Below are positions 41,641 through 57,544 of a stretch of DNA of 64,000 bases, piece after piece. The stretch's first letter is position 1. Each line of letters opens with the position of its first letter. A program made the translations under genes and the position numbers. A model generated the notes under the pieces. The model made no database searches and was not told the origin of the DNA. It worked only from the letters and a program-made list of their open reading frames with translations. Origin of the DNA: Eledone cirrhosa (taxonomy: Eukaryota); NCBI GenBank assembly GCA_964016885.1, contig OZ024745.1, forward strand, positions 108,252,001-108,316,000. Direction: 5' to 3'.

Positions 41641-44600
41641 GGTGATGGGGATTGGGTTGCGTTACTAGAGATGATGATGGTAGTGGTTGTAATGCTAAGG
41701 CTGATGGTCATAGAGGTGGTCATACAGAGGGTGGTGGTGGTGATGCTGAAGATGATACTGATATTGCTGCTGATGACACAGAAGATGCAGTGGTGATAGT
41801 GGTGATGATGATGTAGTGACGATGATAGTAGTAATGCTGATGATAATAGTAGTGATACTGATGATGACAACATTCTATGATGGTGATGGTGACGATAATA
41901 ATGGTGAAGGTGATGGCAATATTTAGACTCTAATGGCAAGAAACAACAGAAATATCTAAAAGAGATAGCAAAATTAGAGTAAATATTAATCTAATAAAAC
42001 TTTCTAGCAGCAAATAAAATGGCAGCAACGAATATAATTTTAACTAGTCTTCAATATCCATTTTCATTTTACTATGCTTCAGTGACTTTGTCAGTTGGTT
42101 GGCTGGTTAGGTGGATGGTAGGTAGGTAGATTGGTTGGCTGGCTGGCTGGATACGTCCGCTAGTGCAAGAGATTTTATGGATGACTGCTCTAGCTAATGC
42201 CAATTGATTTTATGGAATGTAACAAGAAATGTTTTTATGATTGCCTCATAGTAGCTTTCCATAGATGTAAGGACTACTGTGAACCATTTTTGCTACCCTC
42301 TCAAAACTACAAAATTTATTGCATCTAGTATACAGCTCTAATATTTGTTTTCTCTATTTTTCAGGAATTTCTCTGTAATATACTTTATCCCTCAAGATCT
42401 CCTCTCATGCATTCTTAATAGTTCAATTTATCAAGAAACTAATCCAGAATTCTGACTGAAAACCAAACAGAGAAAACATTCAAAGCCGGCAGTTTAGCCT
42501 AATTCATAAAGACTGGTAGTATTATATAATTTTGCTTCCCATTATTTCAATATCCATTTGTGTCAAGTTACTAATGAGTAGCTAGTGTATTTTATATTTT
42601 AGAGTGCTAATTACCCACAATGGGAAGTTAGTTTCTTAAGAAAGGCAGTTTATACTCTTTTCTTCAGTTTACCATGTAACAAAAGCAGATATTAGTAGTT
42701 AAATCTCCCACAATTGACCCAGTTGCCTTTCAATAAGAAAGATACATTAAATATTTAGTCTTAGATATACAACATACTGACCCTTATTGACTCTGAGATA
42801 GCTTCTATCAGGAATGGTTTAGGGTTAAACCACAATAACATTGACACTTTAAATAATCTACTCCTATATACAATCATCATCATCATCATCACTGTTTAGT
42901 GTCCATTTTTCCATGCTTGCATGAGTTAGACACGTTGTCCACTTCAAGAGACAAGACTGACCAGAATTAATCATGCTGTACCTTGCTCTGATAGGACTAT
43001 AAATTTGACCAGGGATTTTACAGCTGGATGCCCTTCCTAACACCAAACACATTTACAGTGTATATCTGAAAAAATAAATAGTAAATGGTCACCATGCAAA
43101 TACTTTTACTCATAGACCTTCTGAAGAAGGGATGACCTAGAGCCAAACCACAAGACTAGATATCAGTTTCACACTACAGCAAGACAAACCAACACAAGAG
43201 GCTTTTAAATAATACCTCACACATTTCTTTCAAACATTCAAATCTACCTGAAAAAACTCCTCAGTGAGTACATAATTTTAGAACAACATTCTCCACAATA
43301 CAGATTGGAAAGAACAAGAATGTTGACCTGAACAACAAAGAACTCAGATAATATGGAAGCTTCATATTTGATCAGTCAATGACAAATAAACCTCACACAG
43401 ATTACAGCCTTCAAGTGCAATGGATGAATGTCAAAGGACATGGCTTACTGATTCAGACTTCTGAATAGTCAGGTTTTTGTTTAGCTCCAGATTAGCCTTC
43501 ATCCAACAGACTTATGACAAAAAGTGTTCCAGCGTTGACCATCTTATCTTTGTTTTCAGCCATCCTATATCTAAGAGTATATTGGTTCATTCATCCCTTT
43601 CATCAAGGTCTTACAAAATGGTCATAAGCTCTGTTTCCTTCCTTTGATTAAATAATAAAAAATATAAAACAAGAACCAATAATTGCAGGTTTAAGGAAAC
43701 AAACTTTCACATTCACTTTAAATCTGACATACAGATACAATAACATTTTATTTATCATGTACTTAGTGGCAATTACTTTGAAAAATGTTTACTTAAAATT
43801 TGCTTCACTCCTTGTTTGCTACTAAACTACTATTATTCAGATTGAACTGACAAAATTCCTTATTATTAAAGCTATGGAATTGGTTATTATTTGAGAATGA
43901 TCTAACTCAAACAACTGACTATGCTATGTAAAATGTAATTATACAATAATAATAAAAAGTACACACTTAGATTTTCAAGGACATGCCTTAATGGTTTTCA
44001 CCTTCCTCGATTACTCTCACCTTGCAGAACTTCTCTTCCTTGATTGCTCTCCCTGGCAGCTGCCAGACTCCATCATATTCATGACTCTCAACAATGACCC
44101 AACCCCACCTCCTCTCTTTCTCTCAAAAAGCAGACTACAGTGAAAACAGCACTACCAAGTCATAAACAACCTTTTGTCTGATGTAACAGCTTTACCAACT
44201 ATGAGCCATTAATTGCAGCTTCTGCAACTATCATGAACTACACATCTGTTTGACAGATTATCAGTACCAAAGGAACAAAGCCATTCAACATCTTTCTATG
44301 GAACTCTCAGAGCAGCTAGTCATATTAGATGTGTTTTAAGCAAGAAGAATAACAATTCATAGAGTCTCCTTTTTTTTTTTGCATACAATAACACATTTTC
44401 TACAACACATAACTTACTCAATTGTCTTTCCAAACAAATTCATGTAAACTATGTTTTTTAAACCTGTATCTTTATAGCCTTTGTAAGAACATGTGCTATT
44501 TAAATGCTATTTTATTGCTGTTGTATTACTTTGAACTATTGTACACACTTAGACTGAACACAGTCTACACTATTTATAGAACACTGAAAAAAAAAACACA

Positions 44601-44749
44601 AGAAAATCTGATCACTCTTTTTCTCTTTCTCTCAGTGTGAACAGTAGATGCACAAGAGATGTATTGGTATTACAGGTAGGCTGACAGAGAAGGTAGACTT
44701 CAATTGTGACAGGAGTAGTCAACAGTAAGAGTACTTGGGATGTGAACTC

Positions 44750-45590
44750 CTTCAGATGATCAGAAGGTTTACTAGAAGTAGTAAGTAACTTTTGATATCT
44801 AGGGTGAGACATGGACTCTGAATATAGAAGATCTGCAGTGGCCAAAAAGAAATGAAGCATGCATGCTCTGCTGGAATTTTAATGTTAGTATGCATGAACG
44901 ACAGAGCACAAGAGAAAAGTTGAGAATAAAAGGAATTGAATGCAGCTTTCAAAGGAGACAATTGCACTGGTATGGACATGTAATGGGTAAAGAGAGAAAA
45001 TATTGTATAAAGGGCCACCAAGTAATTGAAGTGGATGTAATTTGTGGGAGAAGGAAACAAAAGAAGACATGGGACAAAGTTGTGAAGAATGATCTTAAGA
45101 AACTGAACCTCATGAAGGAGAAGACACAGAAATCAGCTGACTTGTGTTATACCATCATACAAAGGACCTATCCACCAATACAGGCACTGAGTTTGAAAAC
45201 CAACCTAGCTAGGGACGAGAAGCTACAGTGTTTGTGATCAGAGACAATGTATGGTCTGTTCAGAGGTCTCTTCAGTCTGGATGAATGTGTGCCAAACTCT
45301 CTAGTGCTGGAGGTATGATAAAATGCACTCAGTATACCTTGCAGGTAGTGCTGGTGCCATGATAAAATGCATTCAGTACACTCTGTAAAGAAATATAGGG
45401 GGTGCCATAAAAAATGTACCCTGTACACCGTGTGAGGTGCTTGCTTTTGGGAGGGTCATTTGGTCTTAGAAGCCATATGGAGCATATGAGTGTGATGAGG
45501 TTGCTCTGACATGTTTGGTCACAGACTGTAACAGCCTGTTTAACATGTGTGTGTAGGAAAGACGTAAAATAATGATGATGATATACGCCA
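44750..45590 (+). mobile_element. Degenerate RTE 3' end
   Basis: RRQLHWYGHV..KKTWDKVVKNDL, 3'UTR-like repeats, atgatg tail at ~45572. Confidence 0.75.
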
Positions 45591-46043
45591 GTGTTTATGA
45601 GTATATAATCTAGTCCAGGGCCTTCTCCCTCCTGTTGGAGGAACTCCTCCCTGGTTGACCTCCACCTCTTTCTGTTTAGTATTGGTAATGTCAAGGGTGT
45701 ACCCATAGTCACCACACTTGGTCAATTGTGGGTTGGTGAGGCTATTTAATCCATAGTTGGGGTGGATGGCCGTTGACTCTGAGGAGATTATCCGCCCTTT
45801 TTAAAGCTCTTGTTTTTGTGTTGCTGAGATTCTTATAACCTCGTCACCAGACAAGGGTCTGGTGGGTGAGCTGGTTTAGTTACCAACCACTCAACCACGA
45901 AGAAGGTTGTACTGCTGGGTTACAAGGTACTAGGAGCAGGCAAAAGCTTGACCTCACCAGATGAATGTAAAGAACTAAAACAACCTTAAATAAGAGGTGT
46001 TTTAAATAAGGAAAAGGACACATTAGATAATACTGTCACTGAT

Positions 46044-46438
46044 GGAGGCACATGGCTTAGTGGTTTGAGCATTGGCCTTGCAATCGAAAGATTGTGGGTT
46101 CAATTCTCAGACCGGGTGATGTGTTGTTTCCTTGAGCAAGACACTTTATTTCACATTGCTCCAGTTTACTCAGCTGTAGAAATGAGATGATAGGGACTGG
46201 GGTCCCTATCATTCCACTGCAAAGTGGTCGTGGAGGTGCCACGGCAAAAAAGCACCCAGCCCACACTGTAAAGTGGACGTGTAGGCGCCACGGAAAAAAA
46301 AGCACCCAGCACTCACTGTAAATGAGGTTGGTGTTAGGAAGGGCATCCAGCTGTAGAAATCAAGCCAGAATCAGTTCCTGTCTCACCCTTGCAAGCAGAG
46401 AAAAGCGGATTTAAAATGATGATGGTGATGATGATGAT
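46044..46438 (+). mobile_element. SINE family A copy with an extra internal ~39-bp unit
   Basis: Highly similar to 436-791. Confidence 0.9.
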
Positions 46439-46735
46439 ATACAAAACATTGCATTGTCACAGTAGGGTTGATCTGAGTCATAAACATAGAATACACAAAC
46501 AGTATCTCTTCCATAGCTTGTATTGTAAAGGCCATTTACAACACAATCAATAGTATATAGATCCTAATTAAGAAATTGAAACATTTTGTTTCTTTTAATT
46601 TTACTTGTAATATTTCATATATTCTAAATTAAACAATCCAGTGGAACCTACTTTATAAGAAAGCCAAACTAATTCTAGAACAATTTTTTGCATTTTACTA
46701 CAATAGTTGATAAGTTAATTAATTAATGAACAAAC

Positions 46736-46964
46736 CTTTAATAAAGTTAAATTTTGAATATCAAATAGCTTTGCATCAAGTAGTTCCACTTTTTTCTGCA
46801 ATTGTTCAATGAGAATTGTTCCATTTTCATTAGATTCTGTTGAAGCTGAAAATTTGCTGGTTGAAGAAACTGAGTTAGAAAAATTCCCAAGTTCATTTTC
46901 AAAGCCATCATCACTTTTCGATGAAGGAGAAGTTTCCGGAAGATGGCATGAGTTCTCCATCCTG
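46736..46964 (-). CDS. CNTLN: Centlein coding exon (first of three in window)
   Basis: Acceptor tctttcag|cag (NAGNAG), donor aag|gtttgt; translates RMENSCHLP...LIEQLQKKVELLDAKLFDIQNLTLLK; ends in phase 0 and joins in frame to the 28714 exon, resembling centlein 'KIENLEKALQLK' as recalled. Confidence 0.8.
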
Positions 46965-47244
46965 CTGAAAGATATAAAATCACAAATATTTAATAGAATT
47001 ATTGAAACACAAAAAGTGGAAAAAAGTGAAAAAAAAAGAGGAAATTAAAAAAAAATATAGTGCAGATAAAACTACAAAATGAAAATATTTTTGTATTAAG
47101 GAATAAGAATAATGAAATCATGGAATAGGACACCCAGCATTTAAGAAAATTAAGGGTTGACATTAGCTAAAGAAGAAGCCAGTAAGTGGTTGCTTCACCT
47201 ACTAGAAACAATAGCCAATACTCACTCAAATTATTTTTGCAACT

Positions 47245-47603
47245 GCAAAATGGTCGTGTAGGTGTCACGACAAAAAGTGTCCAGCCCACACTGTAAAGTG
47301 GTCGTGTAGGTGTCACGACAAAAAGTGCCCAATCCACACTGTAAAGTGGTCATGAAGGTGACACAACAAAAAGCGCCCAGCCCACACTGTAAAGTGGTTG
47401 TGTAGGTGACACAACAAAAAGCACCCAGCACACACTGTAAATCTGGTTGGTGTTAGGAAGGGTATCTAGCCATAGAAACCAAGCTAAAATCAGTTCTGTG
47501 TGAGCAAAATACGGTCTCCCAACATGATCTCTCACTAAAGGACAGTCCGTGCTACCCATGGTAGCATGGAAAATGGATGTTAAACAACGATGATGATGAT
47601 GAT
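47245..47603 (+). mobile_element. RTE 3'UTR fragment with ~39-bp internal tandem repeats
   Basis: ~5x gtggtcgtgtaggtgtcacgacaaaaagtgcccagcccacactgtaaa-like, then ggttggtgttaggaaggg and (ATG)n; related copies at 800-982 (+) and 24122-24510 (-). Confidence 0.8.
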
Positions 47604-48061
47604 AAACTTCCACCATTGACGAGGTGATGCTCCAACGCACATGGTCAGAAATTGAGGGTCGTCTAAATGTGTTCCATACAACCAATGGAGCCCACATTGA
47701 ACTGTTCTGTTGAATTTTAATATAACTTTATTTATTTATCTATCTTTTCTAATAAACACTGTACTGTTATCTTCACTTTTTCCATTTTTTCTGAACTTTT
47801 CAAATTGTAAAGTTAATTTATGGACACCCTGTATAACCTTGTGGTCTTAACTCTTTACCATTTACAATACTCTATATATACTATTATATTTTCATGGTAA
47901 AGGCCTTATTTAATTATCTTACATAATATTGAATCTATGAGATTTTGATATTATCTACTTTGAGAACAATACCTTAACATCAGAATGAGCAGCCAGTTTG
48001 AACAGAAAGAGGTGACAGAATTCTGGCCGGATATAGCCAGTTTAAATGCTAAAGGGTTAAA

Positions 48062-49152
48062 CAAAAAAAGGCTAATTGGTTAATGTAATCCTAGATACCC
48101 TTAAAAAGATTGAATGGCCATGGCTAGAATGGAATTATCTTAGGTATACTTAGACAAAGTTGAACTGGGCTAAACAACAACACTAAGGGTTATAAAAGAC
48201 AGAGAACTGCAGTAAAGCTGACCAAACCATAAAAACAAGAAAGATTCTCAATTAATTTTTAATTCAAATTTCTAAAAGTCTAAAAATAGGTGTCCCTTAT
48301 CTGATTGTCTTCAAATTACTGCTACTTGGTCAACTTCATTTTCTCTTAGCTGGCACCATCAACACACAACACACTTCTATACATTGCATTATCAATAATG
48401 CATCATTCTAAAGTATTATCTATGTGTTTGCTCAACCTACTAGAAAAAGTGGCCAAACCACTTTTAAATTACACTCCACCATCTTTAAAAATTTAATCAT
48501 AGAAACACTACACCTGGAATGCCTGATATCGTAGGTCTGCTTAATCAGGGTTGACTTTAGATTAAATAACAATAACAACAACCCAATGAAAGACCTTGAA
48601 TGTGGTTGTACCACCTGCTAGAAATAGCAGCCAAATCTCCTTATTACATCTTACTGTCTTGAAAAAAGGAAAACCGCATTGGATAACATAGCCTTGAATA
48701 CACTGTTCCAGAAAAATAGAAGGAATGATCATAACTGAAACATGTATGTTGGATCGGTGATAAACAACAAACTAATTCCTAGTCACTTTCTTCACATTAG
48801 CTGCTCATAATATTGCTTGATAAATTTTATCAAGGAGCCAAAACGAAGCTCCTACATAACCTCTAGACCTGCTAGAAATGGCAACCAAATATATATAAAA
48901 TCTCTCTACTATCTTACAGAAAGGAAAAACACACTACATATCGTAGTCTTAAATATATAAAACAAAGGGGTGAACACCTATGATGACAGGTAAAGGCCTA
49001 CTCAATTAGGGCTAACCTACGAGGAGCCAGATGTCCTTCAAATCACAGCCTACTGACTTATATAAGGAAAATACATATTACATATTGTAACTTTACATAT
49101 CTTTAAAAGGACAGAATGGTCATTGCTAGGATTGCCCAAGGGCTAAAGAACA
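48062..49152 (-). repeat. Cluster of ~5 decayed copies of an old dispersed repeat
   Basis: acctgctagaaatagcagccaaatctcc...ctaaacaac motif; also at ~45-220, 16770-16970, 17490-17700, 18500-18780, 28080-28245, 39055-39210. Confidence 0.7.
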
Positions 49153-49308
49153 AAAGTGACAACTGACAAGGAATATACACATTCAAACTGATTGCTTTAC
49201 AATCTCTCTGGACATTCTGCATTTGTTGGCCAGGTATCACTGCCATATATATATATATATATCATTACATGTTTTCCTACATATGTATTTACTATTTCTA
49301 TTTTTCTA

Positions 49309-50521
49309 TGAGGGACATTCAAAAAGTTTCCAACCTTTGGGCATAAAAAACAAGTTCACAAACTTCTCCCAGCTGCTCCGCCACTGCTGGTATCACCTCT
49401 GGAATGCCTTCAATGGAGCTACACCATTGCTTTTATTATAATTTCCTCTCACAGCTCAAATCGTTTCCCTTTCAGCGTGGTTTTCAGATTAAGGAAGAGC
49501 CAGAAGTGACACGGTAGCAAGTCAGGAGAATAGGGAGCATGTCAAACAAATGTGTTGTTCTTGACCAGGAAAGCTTGGATTATGGCGATGGAATGAATGG
49601 GTACATTGTCATGAGGAAGTTGCCAATTCACCACCCACATGTCCGGCCACTTTCGACACACATCATCACGAAGGCAATGTATAATCTTCAGGTAGTATTC
49701 CTTATTGATTGATTAGCCTTGGGATGCATTTTCATGATACACAATACCATAGGAGTCAAAGAAACAGGTCAAAATTACCTTCACATTGCTGCAAACCTGT
49801 CGTCCTTTTTTGGAGCCTTGGTGATAATGTATGCTTCCTTTGGGAAGACTGGAGACTTGGTTTCCAGGTCATAACAATAAACCCACGTCTCATAACCAGT
49901 GATGATGGTTTTCATGAAGTCTGGGTCATAATTTGCACAGTCTAGTATGCTCTGAACGATTTCCATGTGGAGTTGCTTCTGTTGCTCCGCCAGCACTTTG
50001 AGGACAAATTTCATCAACACTCTCCACATTCACAAATGCACTGACCTTGTGCTTATTCCCACTTTGTGAGAAATTTCCTGGATTGTTACACAATGGTCTT
50101 CCATGACTATTTGCCGAACCTTCTCAATTGGTTTGTGGATGGCCTGCCCAATCGTGCCTCGCTCTCCACTTATGGGCGACCATATTTGAAGTAATTGCAC
50201 TACTCCTTGATATGTGTTTTGCCAATGGTTTCATTGTCAAAGGCCTGTTGACTCTTCTGGATGGTCTGAACTTGAATACCACCAAACTTTTGACAAAACT
50301 TGATGCAATATCTCTACTTGCTGCATTTGGTTATCTTGCGTGAAAATGAAAATTGAGCGTGCACTATATGTCTGTAATCAAGGTGCAACAGTCAGGAACT
50401 GATATGGCCTACTGGCGCAAACATTTTCATAAATGTGCACTTCCAACCCAAAGGATTTTGCCCAGGCGGCATTAGTTTTGGCGGGAAAAAATAAAGTTGA
50501 ATAATTTTTTAACGCACCTCA
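49309..50521 (-). mobile_element. Degenerate near-full-length mariner (DD34D-type)
   Basis: TA|tgagg...cctca|TA ends; IITGYETWVYCYDLETK and YSPDLLPCHFWLFLNLKTTLKGKRF fragments. Confidence 0.88.
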
Positions 50522-51099
50522 TATAAGGTTCATAGCATAATGCGTTGACTAAGTAAATGATACTAAAGCTACAGCAATATTTGAACTCTTTTTGAAATAT
50601 AGAATAGAAGAGATGGGACAAAAGTTCTTGGGTTCTTTTTGCAAAGTCCACTTTGCTGAAAATATTCAGGTCAGGTCTTTGGTTTAAGGATATCTTCCTC
50701 TCTACCTCCCTCTCACCAGTGCTTAGAAATCTTGAAAACAGTCAAGAGCTCGGCTCCTCTCTCTCTTCTACCAGTCTTGGAGACCCTGAAATGGGTCATA
50801 AGTAATGCTCCTCCCTCTCAGTCTAAACAGTAAAAATTAAAATATTCTGAACTTGTTGAAATAATCCCTCCTCTTTTAGAGTTGCTAACAATTACAACTA
50901 GATTTTTTTAAAGCAGAAGTACATTTAACTTGTTAGGGATATTTTAGGGATACCTTTGAGATAGGACAGGAATGTGAGAGGAAGATGAAAAGAGATCAAA
51001 AAGATGTCCAATGCTGGAGATTAAACAGAAAGAGAGAAAGAAAATAAACAGAAAGAGTGAAAGAAAATGAGAGAATCCACCAAAGAAACTGCTACAAAG

Positions 51100-53474
<2,375 letters not shown>

Positions 53475-54247
53475 CTGATGCTGACACAGAGCATTCCTTA
53501 AGGGGCATTTCACAAGAAAAGGTGTCAACAGAGTGGAATGACGCTTTCTGTTTTACATTGGAGAAAAAAGACACAGCACGGTAGCGTAAGTGAGAAAGCA
53601 AATAATGAGTGGGTAGTTAGCTAATTTCAGTAGTTGAGGACAGCAGCAGCATCAGTAGCAGCAGATGCCACCATTGTTTTATTTTTATTTTTATGTTTTT
53701 TTTTTAATTTTATCTATTTATTTGTTTATTTATTTATTTATTTGTGTCTTAGTGCAGGTTCGATGGTTGGGAGTCAGTGTACATGCTCGCGTAGAAAGTT
53801 AAGTAATTGGTGATCCACAAGCTTCATCTTCAAATAAAATAGTTGCAGTTCTGTAAAATTGGAGGTAGAGAGAAGAGGGAGAGACAGAGAGGAGAAAGAG
53901 GAAGACAGAAAGAGAGAGAAGAGAGAAAAAAAGAGAGAAAAGGAGGAAGAGTGAGAGAAAAGAGAGATAAGAGGAAGAAAGAGAAGGAGAAATGAGAAAT
54001 CAAATAATGATGACTTGCAAATTTAATTCATGCCATAAACCAAACAAAATCATATTTTGATCTTATTTTTAAACAACACAAGACATAGAAACAATCATAA
54101 ATATATAGCCTATATATAATCATCATAGACAAACCGACACACTGATTGATACTTGGAAAGGTGAGGTGTGTATTCTTTTATTCTTTTAGTGGTTTTAATC
54201 AATAGACTGCGACCACGCTGAGGTACCACCTTGATTTAGTTGGTTAT

Positions 54248-56675
54248 ATCATCATCATCATCATCATCATCATCACCGTTTTACGTCCGTTCTTCCACGC
54301 TAGCATGGGTTAGATGGGTTGTCCTGTTGTGGGCAGTGTCTGGTCGGCTGACCATGCCTTGCTCATACAGGAACTGATTTGACTTTATTTCTACAGCTGG
54401 ATGCCCTTCCTAACACCAACCTCATTTACAGTGAGTGTCCACTTTACAGTGTGGGCTGGGTGCTTTTTTGCCGTGGCACCTCCACGACCACCTTGCAGTG
54501 GGAGGGTGTGGGGGCATATTGTCTATATGCTTCAGCTTGTACCCATGGGAGGTCGGGTACTCTGTATTACTGCGTGACGCCAGAGGTCACGGTCGTGTGT
54601 CATCGCCTTTGAGAGGTGTAATTGGGTAAGGTCGGCTTTTATCACCTCATCCCAGGTCATCTTGGGTCTCCCCACTCCGCGGTTTCCATCGACTTCTAGT
54701 GCTCTGCACCTTTTCATGTAGCTGTCATCCTTCATACACATCACATGTCCATACCAACGCAACCGCCTCTCCTGCACACAGCTTTTGATTCCTCTTATGC
54801 TCAGTCTCTCTCTTAATTCATTTATGCTTTGTCGTTCACGTATATTACTGTTACACATCCATCGGAGCATGCAGGCTTCGTTTCTCTCTAATCTACGTAA
54901 GTCTTCCACCTTCAGCGCCCAGGTCTCACTACCATGTAACATTGCTGTTCGGAGACACGCATCATACAGTCTGCCTTTCATTTTGAGGGAGAAGCCTTTT
55001 GCAGCTAGCAGTGGCAGTAGTTCCCTGAACTTCTTCCATCCCATTCTTACCCTAGTTATTGTACTTTCTGAACACCCACCTCCGCTGCTAATTCGGTCAC
55101 CTAGGTAGCAGAAGCTGTCTACTGTCTCTACAGAGCCCTCCCAGAGATTGGTGGTACTTGTTTCCTGTGGCTTTTTGCTGCTTGCTGTCCCAGTACAGCT
55201 GCTGCATGTGAAGCCTACATTCTTAATTAAGCATCCTGAGATCCCGCTACATCTCTTGTGTACCCATTGTTTGCATTTGGGGCAGAGAATGGAGTTCCTA
55301 CCTACACCTTTCCTACATACTGAGCAAAGCGATTTCCCTGAGGGGATCTGGGTTCTGTTTTCTCCTCTACTTACAAGGACCTTAGTCTTTGTCATGTTGA
55401 CTTTGAGACCCTTTCTTTCTAGTCCCTGCTTCCAAGTTTGGAATTTCTTCTCTAGTTCTACCATAGATTCAGCTATAAGTGCGAGGTCATCAACATACAG
55501 GCGTTCCCATGGGCATCCGGTCTTAAACTCCTCCGTTATTGCCTGCAGGACTATGATGAACAGGAGACGGCTAAGAACAGAGCCCTGGTGGACACCAACC
55601 TGTACGCTAAATTCCTCGCTATACTCATTGCTAATCCTAACTTTGCTGACTGCTCCCCTATACATGGCTTGTACAGCTTTCACAAGCCATTCATCTACTC
55701 CTAGTTTTCTAAGAGCCCACCAGATTACAGCACGTGGAACTCTGTCAAAGGCTTTCTCGAGATCGACGAATGCCAGGTAGAGTGGCTTACTTTTAGCTAG
55801 GTACTTTTCCTGTAACTTCCTCACAAGGAAGAGGGCATCAGTGGTGCCTCTTCCTGGTACAAACCCAAATTGCATCTCATCTAGTTTCACTCGATCCCTA
55901 ATCAACTGTGCTATAACTCTTTCTGTTACTTTCATGACCTGGTTCATCAGCTTTATACCTCTATAATTTCCTCTATCGAGTGCATCACCTTTACCTTTGT
56001 AGCAGTTGACAATGATGCTACTGCACCAATCTTTTGGTAGGACACCTTCTAGTATTACCTGGTTAACAATACGTGTGGTTATAGTGTGACCTACAGACCC
56101 AGATGCCTTCAGCATCTCGGCAGCTATACCCGATGGACCGGTTGCCTTCCCCATCTTCATATCTTTGATTGCCTTACTACTACGCTGCTGCTGACTTGTA
56201 CTGCTGGCCCCTCTATAGGGTCTACTTGGGGTAGGGTCTCTTCTTCCCATGCATTCTCCTCATTTAGTAATCTATCATAATGACTCTTCCATACATCTTT
56301 CTTCTCAGCACTTGTGAGGGCAAGCTCACCTTTATCATTCCGGATACACTTCTCTCCAATGACATCACAATTCTCTCCGACATACTGCCTCGCAATCTTG
56401 AACACCTCCTGCTTGAATTTTCTATCCTCTGCTTCCCTCCTAGCTAAGTATACTTGTCGCCTAGCTTCCCTCTTGGTCTCTATGTAATGTACCCTGCTCC
56501 CCCCGTTCTTCCATTCTTTCCATGTCTGTCTCTTGGCCTTAACTGCCTCATCTACCTTATTGTTCCACCACCAAGTCACTCTCCTCCTGCTTGTGGTCTT
56601 ACTCCAGCCACAGACCTCATCCGTCGCCTCTAGTAAGTTATTTTTTAGGAACTCCCAGTGCTCTTCTACATTGAA
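54248..56675 (-). mobile_element. RTE-clade LINE, 5'-truncated (no endonuclease), with 3'UTR and (ATG)n tail
   Basis: ORFs 56157..56720 and 54532..56250: GNYRGIKL, QFGFVPGRGTTDA, FVDLEKAFDRV, GVHQGSVLS, YVDD, RRLRWYGHV; frameshift near 56180. Confidence 0.95.
54532..56180 (-). pseudogene. RTE ORF: reverse transcriptase plus PHD-like Cys/His finger
   Basis: RT motifs as above; CSVC..ILCPKCKQWVHKRC..FTCSSC at ~55194-55327. Confidence 0.9.
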
Positions 56676-57272
56676 TGTCTCTATATAATGAAAATTCTTG
56701 TGTACAGTGCTCAGGTGCACTACAACTCATCAAAGGTATATGTATATTACATAGAATAATGTACAAATGTCAGGAAAGTGAACAGTGTATGAGACATGAT
56801 ATACACACAGATACATGCTTGCGTGTGTATGGAAGGAAAATATCAGGTGTAGTGTTGGCAAATTTCGGGAATCATGGAAGTTTTGAAGAATGTGGTGTCC
56901 CGACAGCTAACAACAGATGCAGGTAGTTTTTTCCATGCTTCCATGCTTTCAGAGTGTGAAAAAATGTTTCTCCAGTATTTATTTTTTCTAGCATGGTACT
57001 TATTTCATCAATCTTCTATTGTCAAACTGCTAAGTTATGGGACAAACACAGGCATAAACACAGACACACATACATATACATATATACATGCAATGCGAGG
57101 GATGTGGGAATAAGTTCTCAATACTAGAGTAGAGTTTAAATATTCTTTATTATGGCTAACTGATAAGTTTTGTTACTCTGGAGTTTCACCTGTATACTCA
57201 GAGAATTATTGGATAAGATTCATCACTTAGCCATAATAAAGAGTACACACACACACACACACATATATATAT

Positions 57273-57492
57273 ATGTGTTGTTTCCTTGAGCAAGACACTT
57301 TAATTCACATTACTCCAGTTTACTCAGCTGTAGAAATAAGATGATAGGGACTGGGGTCCCTATCATTCCACTGCAAAAAAGCACCCAGCACTCACTGTAA
57401 ATGAGGTTGGTGTAGAAATCAAGCCAGAATCAGTTCCCGTCCCACCCTTGCAAGCAGGGAAAAGTGGACGTAAAATGATGATGATGATGATA
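57273..57492 (+). mobile_element. SINE family A, 5'-truncated with internal deletions
   Basis: Same centre and tail; isolated tails also at ~25943-26010 (-) and ~38521-38580 (-). Confidence 0.85.
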
Positions 57493-57544
57493 TATACACA
57501 CACACATATATATATACATTCTTTATTATGGATAAGTGATGATC

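Noticed and set aside
54785-55780. Plus-strand ORFs of 107 and 210 aa
   Set aside because: Antisense shadows of the RTE RT ORF.
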